Assembly (NCBI RefSeq): GCF_009914755.1
Contig: NC_060926.1
Length of the DNA stretch: 64,000 nucleotides
Direction: 5' to 3' (one strand)
Origin: the human T2T-CHM13v2.0 reference genome, Homo sapiens
This document shows positions 31,649 through 45,391 of the stretch, one piece after another. The notes under the pieces are model-generated. The model saw nothing but the letters and a program-made list of their open reading frames with translations. It was not told the DNA's origin and did no database searches. Position numbers and translations under genes: made by a program. Position 1 is the first letter of the stretch, and each line of letters opens with the position of its first letter.

Positions 31649-32308
31649 TATGAACCTGAGAACATATCTCAATCAATTTAGAAAGTTTATTTTGCCTAGG
31701 TTAAGGATACACTTGTGACACAGCCTCAGAAGGTCCTTACGACGTGTGCCCAAAAGTGGTCAGGGTACAGCTTGCTTTTATACATTTTAGGGAGACATGA
31801 GACATCAATCAATATGCGTAAGATGTATATTGGTTCAGTCCAGAAAGGCAGGACAACCTGAATCAAGAGGCTTCCAGGTTATAGGTAGACAAGAGACAAA
31901 AGGTTGCATTCTTTTGATTCCTTGATCAGCCTTTCATTGAATACACAATTTAATCTGGCTCAGTGAGTCTCAATTTTTATATAAACAATAGGGCAAAGGA
32001 AGCAATCAGGCATTTGTCTCAGGTGAGCAGAAGGATGACTTTCTGTCCGAAACCCGTGAGGATAAGCTATCAGTTTACATTGCCAGGGTGAAATTCAACA
32101 GAACTGTTTTAGGGTAAAGATCTTGAGGCCCACAAGGAATTTCCTTGTGGGCAAAATATGAGGGAGGTACATAGCTTTTAAAAATCTTTGTAGCCATCTT
32201 ATTTAGGAATAAAATGGGAGGCAGGTTTGTCTGATGTATTATAGTTCACAGCTTGACTTTTTCCTTTGCTTATTTTGGGGATCCCAAGGTTCATTTTTTT
32301 TTTTCAGA
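31649..32308 (-). mobile_element. MER4A-like solo LTR (660 bp)
   Basis: Perfect 4-bp TSD CTAG (31645-31648, 32309-32312); homologous in reverse to the LTR ends at 30575 and 31520. Confidence 0.85.
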
Positions 32309-32451
32309 CTAGCAACACACTATTGGACTGTCACAACTGCTCTCAGAGGTTTTCTCTGCTTACCTGATTTTTGGTCACAATTCCTATTCCTCCTTAAAAC
32401 ACTACAAATTAATGTAGAGATATTTTCTCTAGCTTTTAAAAATTCTGTCCC

Positions 32452-32637
32452 AGTGGTTATCAACTTTGAGCATAATCAGAATCACCTGGAGAGCTTATTA
32501 AGCGCTGATTGTTAGACACTGTGCCCACAGTTCCTAATCTTGAGAGTCTGGGGTGGGACTGAAAATTTTCACTTCTAGTAAGTTTCCAGATGATGCTAAT
32601 GCTACTTGTCAGGGAGCCACACTTGGAGAACCACTGC
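32452..32637. mobile_element. MER5A
   Basis: cagtggttatcaa...tcagaatcacctggagagctt...gagaaccactg. Confidence 0.85.
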
Positions 32638-34108
32638 TCTATCTCATGTATCAAAGTTCCCCTAACAGTCAATCTCAAGTCAATTTCTATAAGCCCGTAT
32701 TTCTTACTGACTTCTACTAAAATCTGCCAGACAAAAAACAAACCAGGGCTTAGAAGATCTCAACCTGACTATGCTGTTATAGACATCCATTTCTTCATCT
32801 CTGAAATCAAGATGCTGAACTTGATCTCCAAGTACACAATCGTTTCTAACATTCTGTTATTTTGTTTCTTCCTGTTTTTTTTTTTTTTTTTTGAGTGTCA
32901 GCAGGATTTGGAACAACCTTTTTCCCCTTACTTATGTCTACTATTAAACATATTTAAATACCTCTGAACTAGCTCACTTTTTCATAAAATCTTTTAAACT
33001 AAAGCCGGGAGGGGTAGACTTCTTCCACTCTACTTTAGTTGGACACAAAATCACTATAACAAACTCCTTCATCTCTATCTCCTTTACTTATAGCTACATT
33101 TCTTAGTTTATTCAGTGATATTTATTATTACAGCACTCAGTACTACTGAACAGAGAATATAGAGAGAAGACATTCCTTGCCCTCTAGAGGAAACAAAATA
33201 AGAGCAATATAATATAAATGTTTTGGTGAGGTTTTGTAGTATTGTTAATCTATATGGGTCTGCAGAACCCTCTTGGAAACCAACCTAAAGTTTCTAGTTG
33301 TTCCTTAAATTAAATAGTTTTTTAATTTATAAAGAACTTAAATATTCAGATAGAATTTTCTAGTTAACATTTACACCCAGATGCTTAATAAGACAAAGTA
33401 ATGACTGGTAATTTAAAATGATCTTTAATTTTGAACTTATTTGATATTTAAGAACTTTCTTATAGGTATTTTAGTTATGTTTTGTAATTTAGATGATAGA
33501 AATGAATGAGTTAAGAAACAGGCAAGAAATTGTGAATGGAGCGAACATATTTATGGGGAAAAATGGTATGTTTTCATGTTCTTTCTTTACAGAGGCATTT
33601 TTGTTTTTAAAGTGGCTTTAATTTTACTTTAGACACTGGTAAATTACAGCATCTTAACTTGCAAGATGGTGATGCTGTACTGTCAAAAATATATTTTAAG
33701 TAATTCACTAATAACAATAGCAAAAAAAAATTCTACATTTTTACATGTAAATTACTAAATACGTATGATACTCGTTATCTATTTTGAAGTTATTTGCACT
33801 CTTTTTTGGTCTTTTCTCCTTAGTTTTCTTAGTCAATAGCTGTTGTAGAAGAAACACTTCCCCATATACATAGTAATAATTCTTGATCCCAGATGAAAAC
33901 AAGATTCCCAGCCACACACACACATTCAGCTTTTAAATTGTCAAAGACTTTATTGAAGCAATTCAGTTTTAGCTGTATTCCCCCATAAAAAAATAAAATA
34001 AAATGTCCAATCCTCTGCCCCTAAATTGAAAGGACAGTACTTCATGTTTTGTAGGTTTCTTTGTTATGAGTTTGAGGATACTCTGTTTATGCTAGTATAT
34101 GAGTATGG

Positions 34109-34250
34109 GACTTCTCCAACTTTAATGTGCATATGAATCTCTCTGGGCTTCTCTGATTAAGTAGGTCTGGGGTAGAGTCTGATATTCTGCATTTCCAGCA
34201 AGTTCTCTGGTGATGCTGATGCTGCTGGTTCAGGGATAACACTTGGATTA
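34109..34250. mobile_element. MER5A-like fragment
   Basis: gtaggtctggggtag...ttctgcatttccagcaagttctctggtgatgctgatgctgctgg. Confidence 0.7.
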
Positions 34251-34451
34251 GCAAGAGTGCACATAATCCTGAAGCGCTAGATTCCTGAAATAGAATACAG
34301 ATAGATTTTTAATGCAAATATACACTGAAAATAAAATAATCAGATTAATGAATCTGCTTATGGCTCTCTATTTGGGAAGTCAGATTTATGTTTTCTCATG
34401 GGACATCATTCTTTATTTAGAAAATCAGATTTATATATCTCAAAAATGTTA

Positions 34452-34991
34452 TGAGGTAGCTGGATCTGCCATCATTTCTTTATTGTACACATAGGCATAC
34501 CCCCCATGAAGAGGTGGGATCTGTTCCTCCACTCTCGAATCTGAGCTAGTTTATGATTACTTTGCCCATTAGATTATAACAGACGTGATGCCATACAACT
34601 TCCAAAACTACGTCATAGAAACCTTGCAGCCTTCCTGGCTATCTTGAAATGGTAACTGTGGGGAAGCTAATCACCTTGTGAGAAGTCAGTCTACCCTGAG
34701 TCTGCCATTGTGTAAAAAGTACAAGCTAGCCAGATAAAGAGACTATGTGTGGAGAAAGAGATATTTGACTAGTTCCCAGTTGTTACAATCATCTCAGCTC
34801 TGGTGCCAGACATTGAGTAAAGACATCTTTGGATAACTTCACTCTCAGCAGCCATCTGATTACAACTATATGAGGTAGCTCAAGTGAGAACCACCCAGCT
34901 GAGCTCGTTAACCCCCAGAACCATGAAATAAAAATTGCTGAACCATTAAATTTTGTGGTGATTTGTTTTGAAGAGATAGATAAGCAGAACA
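34452..34991 (+). mobile_element. MLT1-family LTR
   Basis: MLT1 3' end ccattaaattttgtggtgatttgttttgaagagatagataagcagaaca. Confidence 0.75.
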
Positions 34992-35169
34992 CTTACATTA
35001 TGCTAATTTGAGGAGTTTTATTACTGAAAGGCCTTTTTGGTCTTCCAGAAAATGATCAGTATAGGGATTGGAAATTCATCTGACGTTTTCTACAAATAAT
35101 ATTATGGTCTTGATTTTTTACATAAATATGTAGCATTTCATTTTTTAAATTAAAATGTTCTAGCATTAA

Positions 35170-35515
<346 letters not shown>

Positions 35516-38500
35516 TGATGCCTTGGAGATTGGGGATACCAGTATTTTTGAGGCTTCTTTATAGATCTAATTTGTTGCTTTGTCACACAACCACTAGGGT
35601 TTTCCATTTTCACCTATCCAGGCAATCAAACTAGGAGTGAGAAAACAATTAATATACTTTATTGAACATTAGCTTTTCTTTTAACTTTGATCCATGTCAT
35701 GTTTTGTCTAGATATTGCTCCCCACAGTAGTTCTTGAGGCACTCTCCTTTGAGCATTACTTCTTTCATAAGGAATGATTTAGTCCCATTTATAAACTTAT
35801 TTAGTTACTCAGTATTTACCAAACATCTATCATAAACATCCTGGGAGATTGAAGACACAGAGCAATTCAAAATTAAAACATAATCTGTCCTCAAGAAGAT
35901 TTTGGTCTTAAGTGAGAAAAGTCCACAAATAACCATAATAAACCAATGTTAAGTCGGAAGAATAGAAATGCAGGAGGGATCAGAATAAATAAACGTCATA
36001 TCAGCAAGGTGATCAGCTTCATGAAGAAAATGGCACTTGAGCTCAGCAATGAGGGCTGGGAAGGTTTTCTTTTTTGTTTCTTAATTAGAAGTTAAGGCAT
36101 TCTAGACATAGGGAAGAAAAGGATAGAGGTACTAGGTATGAAACATTCAGAACTGTGCCATAGCAAACATTCAGAACTGTGCCATATGTGCCATAACAAA
36201 GCTATGGCAGCAAGGTGTGAGGGAGAAACTCAAGTCCAGTTAGAGGCCTGTTGCAGTAGTTAGAGCACACACACAAAAATGCAGGCCCTGAAAATTAGAA
36301 GGAAGAACAAAGATTAGTGGAGATGAACTCAATAAGACTTGTTCTTGCTTTTTTTTAAATTTTTTTTATTATTATACTTTAATTTCTGGGATACATGTGC
36401 AGAACATGCAGATTCGTTACATAGGTATACACGTGTCATGGTGGTTTGCTGCACCCATCAACCCATCATCTATTTTAGGTATTTCTCCTAATGCTATCCC
36501 TTCCCTAGCCTCCCACCCGCTGACAGGCCCCAGTGTGTGATGTTCCCCTCCCTGTGTCCATGTGTTCTCATTGTTTAACTCCCACTTATGAGTGAGAACA
36601 CGCAGTGTTCCTGTGTTAATTTGCTGAGAGTGATGGTTTCCAGCTTCATCCATGTCCCTGCAAAGACCATTAACTCATCCTTTTTATGACTGCATAGTAT
36701 TCCATGGTGTATATGTGCCACATTTTCTTATTCCAGTCTATCATTGATGGGCATTTGGGTTGGTTCCAAGTCTTTGCTATTGTTGACAGTGCCGCAATAA
36801 ACCTACATGTGCATGTGTCTTTATAATAGAATGATTTATAATCCTTTGGGTGTATACCCAAAGTAATGGAATTGCTGGGTCAAATGGTATTTCTGGTTCT
36901 AGCTCCTTGAGGAACTGTTCCACAATGATTGAACTAATTTACACTCCTGCCAACAGCATAAAAGCATTCCTGTTTCTCCACATCCTCTCCACCATCTGTC
37001 ATTTCTTTACTTTTTAATGATCTCCATTCTAACTGGTGTGAGATGGTATCTCATTGTGCTTTTCATTTGCATTTCTCTAATGACCAGTGATGATGAGCTT
37101 TTTTTCATGTTTCTTGGCCACATAAATGTCTTCTTTTGAGAAGTGTCTGTTCATATCCTTCACCCACTTTTTGATGGTTTTTTTTTCTTGTAAATTTGTT
37201 TATTTGTAGATTCTGGATATTAGCCCTTTCTCAGATGGATAGATTGCAAAAATTTTCTCCCATTGTGTAGGTTGCCTGTTCACTCTGATGATAGTTTCTT
37301 TTGCCCTGCAGAAGCTCTTTAGTTTAATTAGATCCAATCTGTCAATTTTGGCTTTTGTTGCCATTGCTTTTGGTGTTTTAGTCATGAAGTCTTTGCCCCT
37401 GCCTGTGTCCTTAATGGTATTGCCTAGGTTTTCTTCTAGGGTTTTTATGGTTTTAGGTCTTATGTTTAAGTCTTTAATCCATCTTGAGTTAATTTTTGTA
37501 TAAGGTATAAGGAAGGGGTCCAGTTTTAGCTGCATCTGGCTAGCCAGTTTTCCAAACACCATTTTTTAAATAGGGAATCCTTTTCCCATTGCTTGTTTTT
37601 GTCAGGTTTATCAAAGATCAAATGGTTGTAGATAGGCGGGATTATTTCTGAGGCCTGTTCTATTCCATTGGTCTATATATCTATTTTGGTACCAGTACCA
37701 TGCTGTTTTGGTTACTGTAGCCTTGTAGTATAGTTTGAAGTCAGGTAGTATGATGCTTCCAGCTTTGTTCTTTTTGCTTAGGATTGTCTTGGCTTTTCAG
37801 GCTCTTTTTTGAAATTTAAAGTAGTTTTTTGTAAATCTGTGAAGAAACTCAATGGTAGCTTGATGGGGATAGCATTGAATCTATAAATTACTTTGGGCAG
37901 TATGGCCATTTTCATGATATTGATTCTTCCTATTCATGAGCATGGAATGTTTTTCCATTTGTTTGTGTCCTCTCTTATTTCCTTGAGCAGTGGTTTGTAG
38001 TTCTCCTTGAAGAGGTCCTTCACATCCCTTGTAAGTTGTATTCCTAGGTATTTTATTCTCTTTGTAGCAATTGTGAATGGGAGTTCACTCATGATTTGGC
38101 TCTCTGTTTGTCTGTTATTGGTGTTTAAGAATGCTTGTGATTTTTGCACATTGATTTTGTATCCTGAGACTTTGCTGAAGTTGGTTGTCAGCTTAAGGAG
38201 ATTTTGAGCTGAGATGATGGGGTTTTCTAAATATACAATCATGTCATCTGCAAACAGGGACAATTTGACTTCCTGTCTTCCCATTTGAATACCCTTTCTT
38301 TCTTTCTCTTGCCTGATTGGAGAACTTCCAATACTATGTTGAATAAGAGTGGTGAGAGAGGGCATCCCTGTCTTGTGCCAGTTTTCAAAGGGAATGCTTC
38401 CAGCTTTTGCCCATTCAGTATGATATTGGCTGTGGGGTTGTCATAAATAGCTCTTATTATTTTGAGATATGTTCTATCAATACCTAGTTTATTGAGAGTT

Positions 38501-40560
38501 TTTAGTATGAAGGGGTGTTGTATTTTGTCAAAGGCCTTTTCTGCATCTATTGAGAAAATCATGGGTTTTTGTCATTGGTTCTGTAAATGTGATGGATTAC
38601 GTTTATTGATTTATATATATTGAACCAGTCTTGCATCCCAGTGATGAAGCCGACTTGATCGTGTTGGATAAGCTTTTTGATGTGCTGACGCATTCGGCTT
38701 GCCAGTATTTTATTGAGGATTTTCGCATTGATGTTCATCAGTGATATTGGCCTGAAATTTTCTTTTTTGTGTCTGCCAGGTTTTGTTATCAGGATGATAC
38801 TGGCCTCATGAAGTGACTTAAGGAGGATTCCCTCTTTTTCTATTGTTTGGAATAGTTTCAGAAGGAATGGTACCCTCTCCTCTTTGTACCTCTGGTAGAA
38901 TTCGGCTGTGAATCTGTCTGGTCCTGGGCTTTTTTTGGTTGGTAGGCCATTAATTACTGCCTCAATTTCAGAACTTATTATTGGCCTATTCAGGGATTCA
39001 ACTTCTTCCTGGTTTAGTCTTGGGAGGGTGTATGTGTCCAGGAATTCATCCATTTCTTCTGCATTTTCTAGTTTATTTGCATAGAGTTGTTTATAGTATT
39101 ATCTGATGGTAGTTTGTGTTTCTGTGGGATCAGTGGTGAAATTCCCTTTATCATTTTGTATTGTGTCTATTTGATTCTTCTCTCTTTTCTTCTTTATTAG
39201 TCTGGCTAGTGGTCTATTTTGTTAATCTTCTCAAAAAACCAGGTCTTGGATTGATTGAGTTTTTAAAGGGTTTTTCGTGTCTCTATCTCCTTCAGTTCTG
39301 CTGTGATCTTAGTTATTTCTGGTCTTCTGCTAGCTTTTGAATTTGTTTGCTCTTGCTTCTCTAGTTCTTTTAATTGTGATGTTAGGGTGTCAATTTTGCA
39401 TCTTTGCTGCTTTCTCCTGTGGGCATTTAGTGCTATAAATTTCCCTCTAAACACTGCTTTAGTTGTGTCCCAGAGATTCTGGTACTTTGTGTCTTTGTTC
39501 TCATTGTTCAAAGAACTTATTTATTTCTGCCTTAATTTTGTTATTTACCCAGTAGTCATTCAGGAGCAGGTTGTTCAGCTTCCATGTAGTTGTGTGGTTT
39601 CAAGTGAGTTTCTTAATTCTGAGTTCTAATTTGATTGCACTGTGGTCTGAGAGACAGTTTGTTATTATTTCTGTTCTTTTGCATTTCCTGAGGAGTGTTT
39701 TCTAATTATGCGGTCAATTTTAGAATAAGTGCAATGTGGTGCTGAGAAGAATGTATATTCTGTTGATTTTGGGTAGAGAGTTCTGTAGATGTCTATTAGG
39801 TCTGTTTGGTCCAGAGCTGAGTTCAAGTCCTGAATATCCTTGTTAATTTTCTGTCTTGTTGATCTATCTAATATTGACAGTGGGGTGTTAAAGTCTCCCA
39901 CTATTATTGTGTGGGAGTCTAAGTCTCTTTGTAAGTCTCTAAGAACTTGCTTTATGAATCTAGGTGCTCCTGTATTGGGTGCATATATATTTAGGATAGT
40001 TCTTCTTGTTGCATTGATCCCTTTACCATTATATAATGCCCTTCTTTGTCTTTTTTTAAAAATCTTTGTTAGTTGAAAGTCTGTTTTATCAGAGACTAGG
40101 ATGGCAACCCCTGCCTTTTTTGCTTTCTATTTGCTTGGTAAATATTCCTCCATCCCTTTATTTTGAGCCTATATGTGTCTCTGCACATGAGATGTGTCTC
40201 CTGAATACAGCACACTGATGGGTCTTGACTCTATCCAATTTGCCAATCTGTGTCTTTTAATTGGGGCATTTAGCCCATTTACATTTAAAGTTAATATTAT
40301 GTGTGAATTTGATCCTGTCATTATCATGCTAGCTGGTTATTTTCCCCGTTAGTTGATGCAATTTCTTCATAGTGTCGATGGTCTTTCAAGTTGGTATGTT
40401 TTTGCAGTGGCTGGTATCGGTTTTTCCTTTCTATATTTAGTGCTTCCTTCAGGAGCTCTTGTAAGGCAGGCCTGGTGGTGACAAAATCTCTCAGCATTTG
40501 CTTGTCTGTGAGGGATTTTATTTCTCCTTCACTTATGAAGCTTAGTTTGGCTAGATATGA

Positions 40561-40889
<329 letters not shown>

Positions 40890-42431
40890 GAAAATTCTTT
40901 TCTTTAAGAATGTTGAATATTGGCCCGCGCTCTCTTCTGGCTTGTTAGGGTTTCTGCAGAGAGATCTGCTGTTAGTCTGATGGGCTTCCCTTTGTGGGTA
41001 ACCCGACCTCTCTCTGTGGCTGCCCTTAACATTTTTTCCATTATTTCAACCTTGGTGAATCTAATGATTATGTGTCTTGGGGTTGCTGTTCTCAAGGTGT
41101 ATCTTTGTGGTATTCTCTGTATTTCCTGGATTTGAATGTTGGCCTGTCTTGCTAGGTTGGGAAAGTTCTACTGAATAATATCCTGAAGAGTGTTTTCCAA
41201 CTTGGTTCTGTTCTGCCCATCACTTTCAGGTACACTGATCAAATGTAGATTTGGTCTTTTCACATAGTCCCGTATTTCTTGGAGGTTTTGTTCATTCCTT
41301 TTCACTCTTTTTTCTCTAATCTTGTCTTCACACTTTATTTCATTAAGTTGATTTTCAATCTCTGATATCCTTTCTTCTGCTTGATCGATTCAGCTATTGA
41401 TACTTGTGTATGCTTCACGAAGTTCTCATGCTGTGTTTTTCAGCTCGTCAGGTCATTTATGTTCTTCTCTAAACTGGTTATTGTAGTTAGCAATTCCTAT
41501 AACCTTTTTTCATGGTTCTTAGCGTCCGTGCATTGCATTAGAACATGCTCCTTTAGCTCAGAGGAGTTCGTTATTACCCACCTTCTGAAACTTACTTCCA
41601 TCAATTCGTCAAACTCATTATCTGTCCAGTTTTGTTCCCTTGCTGGCGAGGAGTTGTGATCCTTTGGAGGAGAAGAGGCGTTTTGGTTTTTGGAATTTTC
41701 AGCCTTTTTGCACTGGGTTTTTCTCATCTTCGTGGATTTATCTACCTTTGGTCTTTGATGTTGGTGACTTTCGGGTGCGGTTTCTGTGTAGACATCCTTT
41801 TTGTTGATGTTGATGCTATTCCTTTATGTTTGTTAGTTTTCCTTCTAACAGGCCCCTCTGATGCAGGTCTGCTGGTATTTGCTGGTGGTCCATTCCAGAC
41901 CCTGTTTGCATGGGTATCACCAGCAGAGGCTGCAGAGCAGCAAAAATTGCTGCCTGTTCCTTCCTCTGGAAGCTTCGTCCCAGATGGGCACCTGCCAGTT
42001 GACAGCCAGAGCTCTCCTGTATGAGGTGTCTATCAACCCCTGCTGGGAGGTGTCTCCTAGTCAGGAGGCACAGGGGTCAGAGACCCACTTGAGGAGGCAG
42101 TCTGCCCATTAGCAGAGCTTGAGTGCTGTGCTGGGAGATCTGCTGCTCTCTTCAGAGCTGGTAGGCAGGAATGTTTAAGTCTGCTGAAGCTGCACCCAGA
42201 GTCACCCCTTCCCCCAGGTGCTCTGTCCCAGGGAGATGGGAGTTTTGTCTCTAAGCCCCTGACAGAGGCTGCTGCCTTTCTTTCAGAGATGCCCTGCCCA
42301 GAGAGGAGGAATCTAGAGAGGCAATCTGGCTACAGCAGCTTTGCCTAGCTGCGGTAGGCTCTGCCCAGTTCCAACTTCCTGGTGGCTTTGTTTACACTGT
42401 GAGGGGAAAATCGCCTACTCAAGCCTCAGTA

Positions 42432-42635
42432 ATGGCCGTCGCCCCTCCCCCTACTGAGTTCAGGTGTCCCAGGTCGACTTCAGACTGCTGTGCTGGCAGT
42501 GAGAATTTCAAGCCAGTGGATCTTAGCTTGCTGGGCTCTACTGAGCTAGATCAGTTAGCTCACTGGCTTCAGCCCCCTTTCCGGAGGAGTGAACAGTTCT
42601 GTCTCATTGGTGTTCCAGACACCACTGGGGTATGA
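42432..42635 (+). other. L1 ORF0 homologue (67 aa) in the antisense 5'UTR
   Basis: MAVAPPPTEFRCPRSTSDCCAGSEN aligns with the remembered L1HS ORF0 N-terminus MAGAPPPASLPPCSLISDCCASNQR; Kozak gtaATGG. Confidence 0.75.
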
Positions 42636-43071
42636 AAGAAAACTCCTGCAGCTAGCTCAGTGTCTGCCCAAACAGCCGCCCAGTTTTGTGCTTGAAACCC
42701 AGGGCCCTGGTGGCGTAGGCACCTGAAGGAATCTTCTGGTCTGCAGTTTGTGAAGACCATGGGAAAAGCATAGTATCTGGGCCAGAGTGCACCATTCCTC
42801 ATGGCACAGTCCCTCAAGGCTTCCCTTGGCTAGGAGAGGGAGTCCCCTGACCCCTTGCACTTGCCGGGTGAGGCGATGCCCTACTCTGCTTCAGCTTGCC
42901 CTCCATGGGCTGCACCTGCTTTCTAACCAGTCCCAGTGAAATGAGCCGGGTACCTCAGTTGTAAATGCAGAAATCACCTGCCTTCTGTGTTGATCTCACT
43001 GGGAGCTGCAGACCAGAGCTGTTCCTGTTCGGCCATCGTGCCAGCCACCTTTGTGCTTGCTTTTATCTGTA

Positions 43072-43303
43072 CAGCTGGCCCTCTCTAACCATGGGTTCTG
43101 CATTCGTAAGTTCAACTGACTGCAAATCAAAACATTTGGGGAAAAAAAGGCAATAAAAAAATAACAATATAGGAGTATGTACATATGTTATATGAAAATA
43201 CTCTGCCATTTTATTATAAGGGACTTTAGCATCTGTGGGTTTTGGCATCCACTATGTGGATTGGTCCTGGAACTAATCCCCTGGGCATATCAAGAGATGA
43301 CTG
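43072..43303 (-). mobile_element. MER2-like Tigger relic
   Basis: TA-flanked cagctggccct...gagatgactg; reverse strand reads CAGTCATCTCTTGATATGCCCAGGGGATTAGTTCCAGGACC. Confidence 0.75.
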
Positions 43304-45227
43304 TATATATAAATTTCCAGACATCATAGGCATTACGGGTGACTCAATTTGCATCTATCTGCATACATTATAGTACCATTAGGAAAGGCCACATTATACG
43401 GATGGGCACTGGTGGAAGGGTCTGGCTTCAATAAAAACAATTATCTCAGAAAATGTGTTTACCAAATATATATCCTTGTACATTAGGTAATAGACCAAGA
43501 ATCTCTTTAGATGCTGCTTTTAAAAATAAAAATTAGTGTGATATTCATGTCTTAGAAGAGCAGAATGAATACTTCTACTATCAGATACTTATATACAGAA
43601 TCTTTGAAAGATAAATGAACTTTGCAGCTTAAGGGTAGATTAAAATAATTTTCTTTATATTATAACACATTTATGAAGTAATATTCAGTTTAATCTCCCT
43701 GATCAAATGCCCCTTTCTCTTAGAATGGATATCTGAAGTTGTTTTTCTATCTTACCTATTTCTTCCACAGGTAGAATTTGCATCCACATCTTTTGGGCAT
43801 CCTCAAATAAAATCTTGTTTATTATTGAGTTAGAAACAAGAACTAAAGCTCACTGAACTCACTGAGTTTCAATAATGCTTGAAACTACCTAATCAATTTT
43901 AGACTTTTTTCTTCTCGGATCACCTCATCTGGTCTCTGTCTTCTCATGACCATATCAGACAATTAAATTTTATTTACATAAGTTTCTTTCTACTTTTAGT
44001 TTTCCTCTTAAATATTATTATATAGTATTGTTATTTGTTACTACATTATTATATAGTATTAAATGTTAATATATAGAAAAATTAATACATATCATTATGT
44101 TATATAAACAATATTTCTTATGCTTGAAATAGTCTCATTTTCTTAATGTGAAAGTTTTTGATGTCTTTTCTTAAAATGCCTCTCATAATATCTTATTTCA
44201 AATATCAGGAAAGATTTGTTTTTGTGATTTATATATTTAAAATGTAAAGGCCATACTTAAAAACCTTAACCAAAAAGTACCAATTACAATTTAGAAAATT
44301 TAGAATCAAATATAAAATATTGAGTATTAAACATTAATATTAAATATTTAAAACTTCTCAGTACTGAATTCTAGACAATTGAAAGAACAACACTAATGAA
44401 AGAAAAAAAACAAAAAAGTGACTTGAACACTATTTGCAAAAAGGACATGCAATTGGTTACAATTAATGAAGAAATAAAATTAGATCACAACCATTAACAT
44501 AAAAGAAAATATTAAAATGAAAGAGCAAAGGAAAGAGAAAGTGGAAGAAAACAGTCTGATTAGAGAAGAAGAAAGGGAGTGAAAAGGAAGATCACCACGA
44601 AACTTCCACCGTTTTCTCCTCTACTTGCATTTTATAAGGTTCTGCACTAGTATGTAATCCTAATGCCTGGATACTCCAGCTGGCCAAAATCTCCTATTTT
44701 TATTTTTAACACTGAACTCCTATACCCTAGCACTTGTGTTGACCATTCATTCAGTGCTTATATTAAAGTCAGTAAGTATTGTGACTTTTCTTATATTGCT
44801 TCACTTCTCTTTATCTTTATTGCCTAGCGATAATCAAACTAGTCTCTTCTAGTACTACTGGAGCCTAACCCAGAAGGCAATCTATTAATATTTGTATTTT
44901 TGAATAAAATACTTTATTTAGCTCTCTTTTTCTCCAGTTCTAACTCTGCAGGTGTTAATGTACCAATACTGGTCTTACTGCCCTTGCTCTCCAAAGGAGA
45001 AGCATCATGGGAAATAGGATTAATGTTTTATTTGGGACCAAATATTGAGGGGACTTGAATATCAGGCTAAAGGTTTTCAACATTGGAAAGAGCAACTAAA
45101 TGTTTTTGAATAGGAAGGTAACACAATCAGAACTATATATAAGGAATATTAGTTTAAAAGCATGCTTAAGATGAATCAGAATGAATAAGAAGAGAGGTGG
45201 GAGATCAGTTTAGAAAATCATAGTGCT

Positions 45228-45391
45228 ATTACCCAGTCACGGTGGTACATGCCTATAGTCCCAGCTACTCCAGGGGCTGAGGCATAAGAATCAGGAACTC
45301 AGGAGACGGAGGTTGCAGTGAGCCAAGATCGTGCCACTGCACACCAGCCTGGGCAACAAAGTGAGACCCTGTCTCAAAAAAAAAAAAAAAA
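45228..45391 (+). mobile_element. 5'-truncated Alu (right arm only)
   Basis: Single monomer with A tail; TSD-like AAATCATAGTGCTA/AAAACATACTGCTA. Confidence 0.9.
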
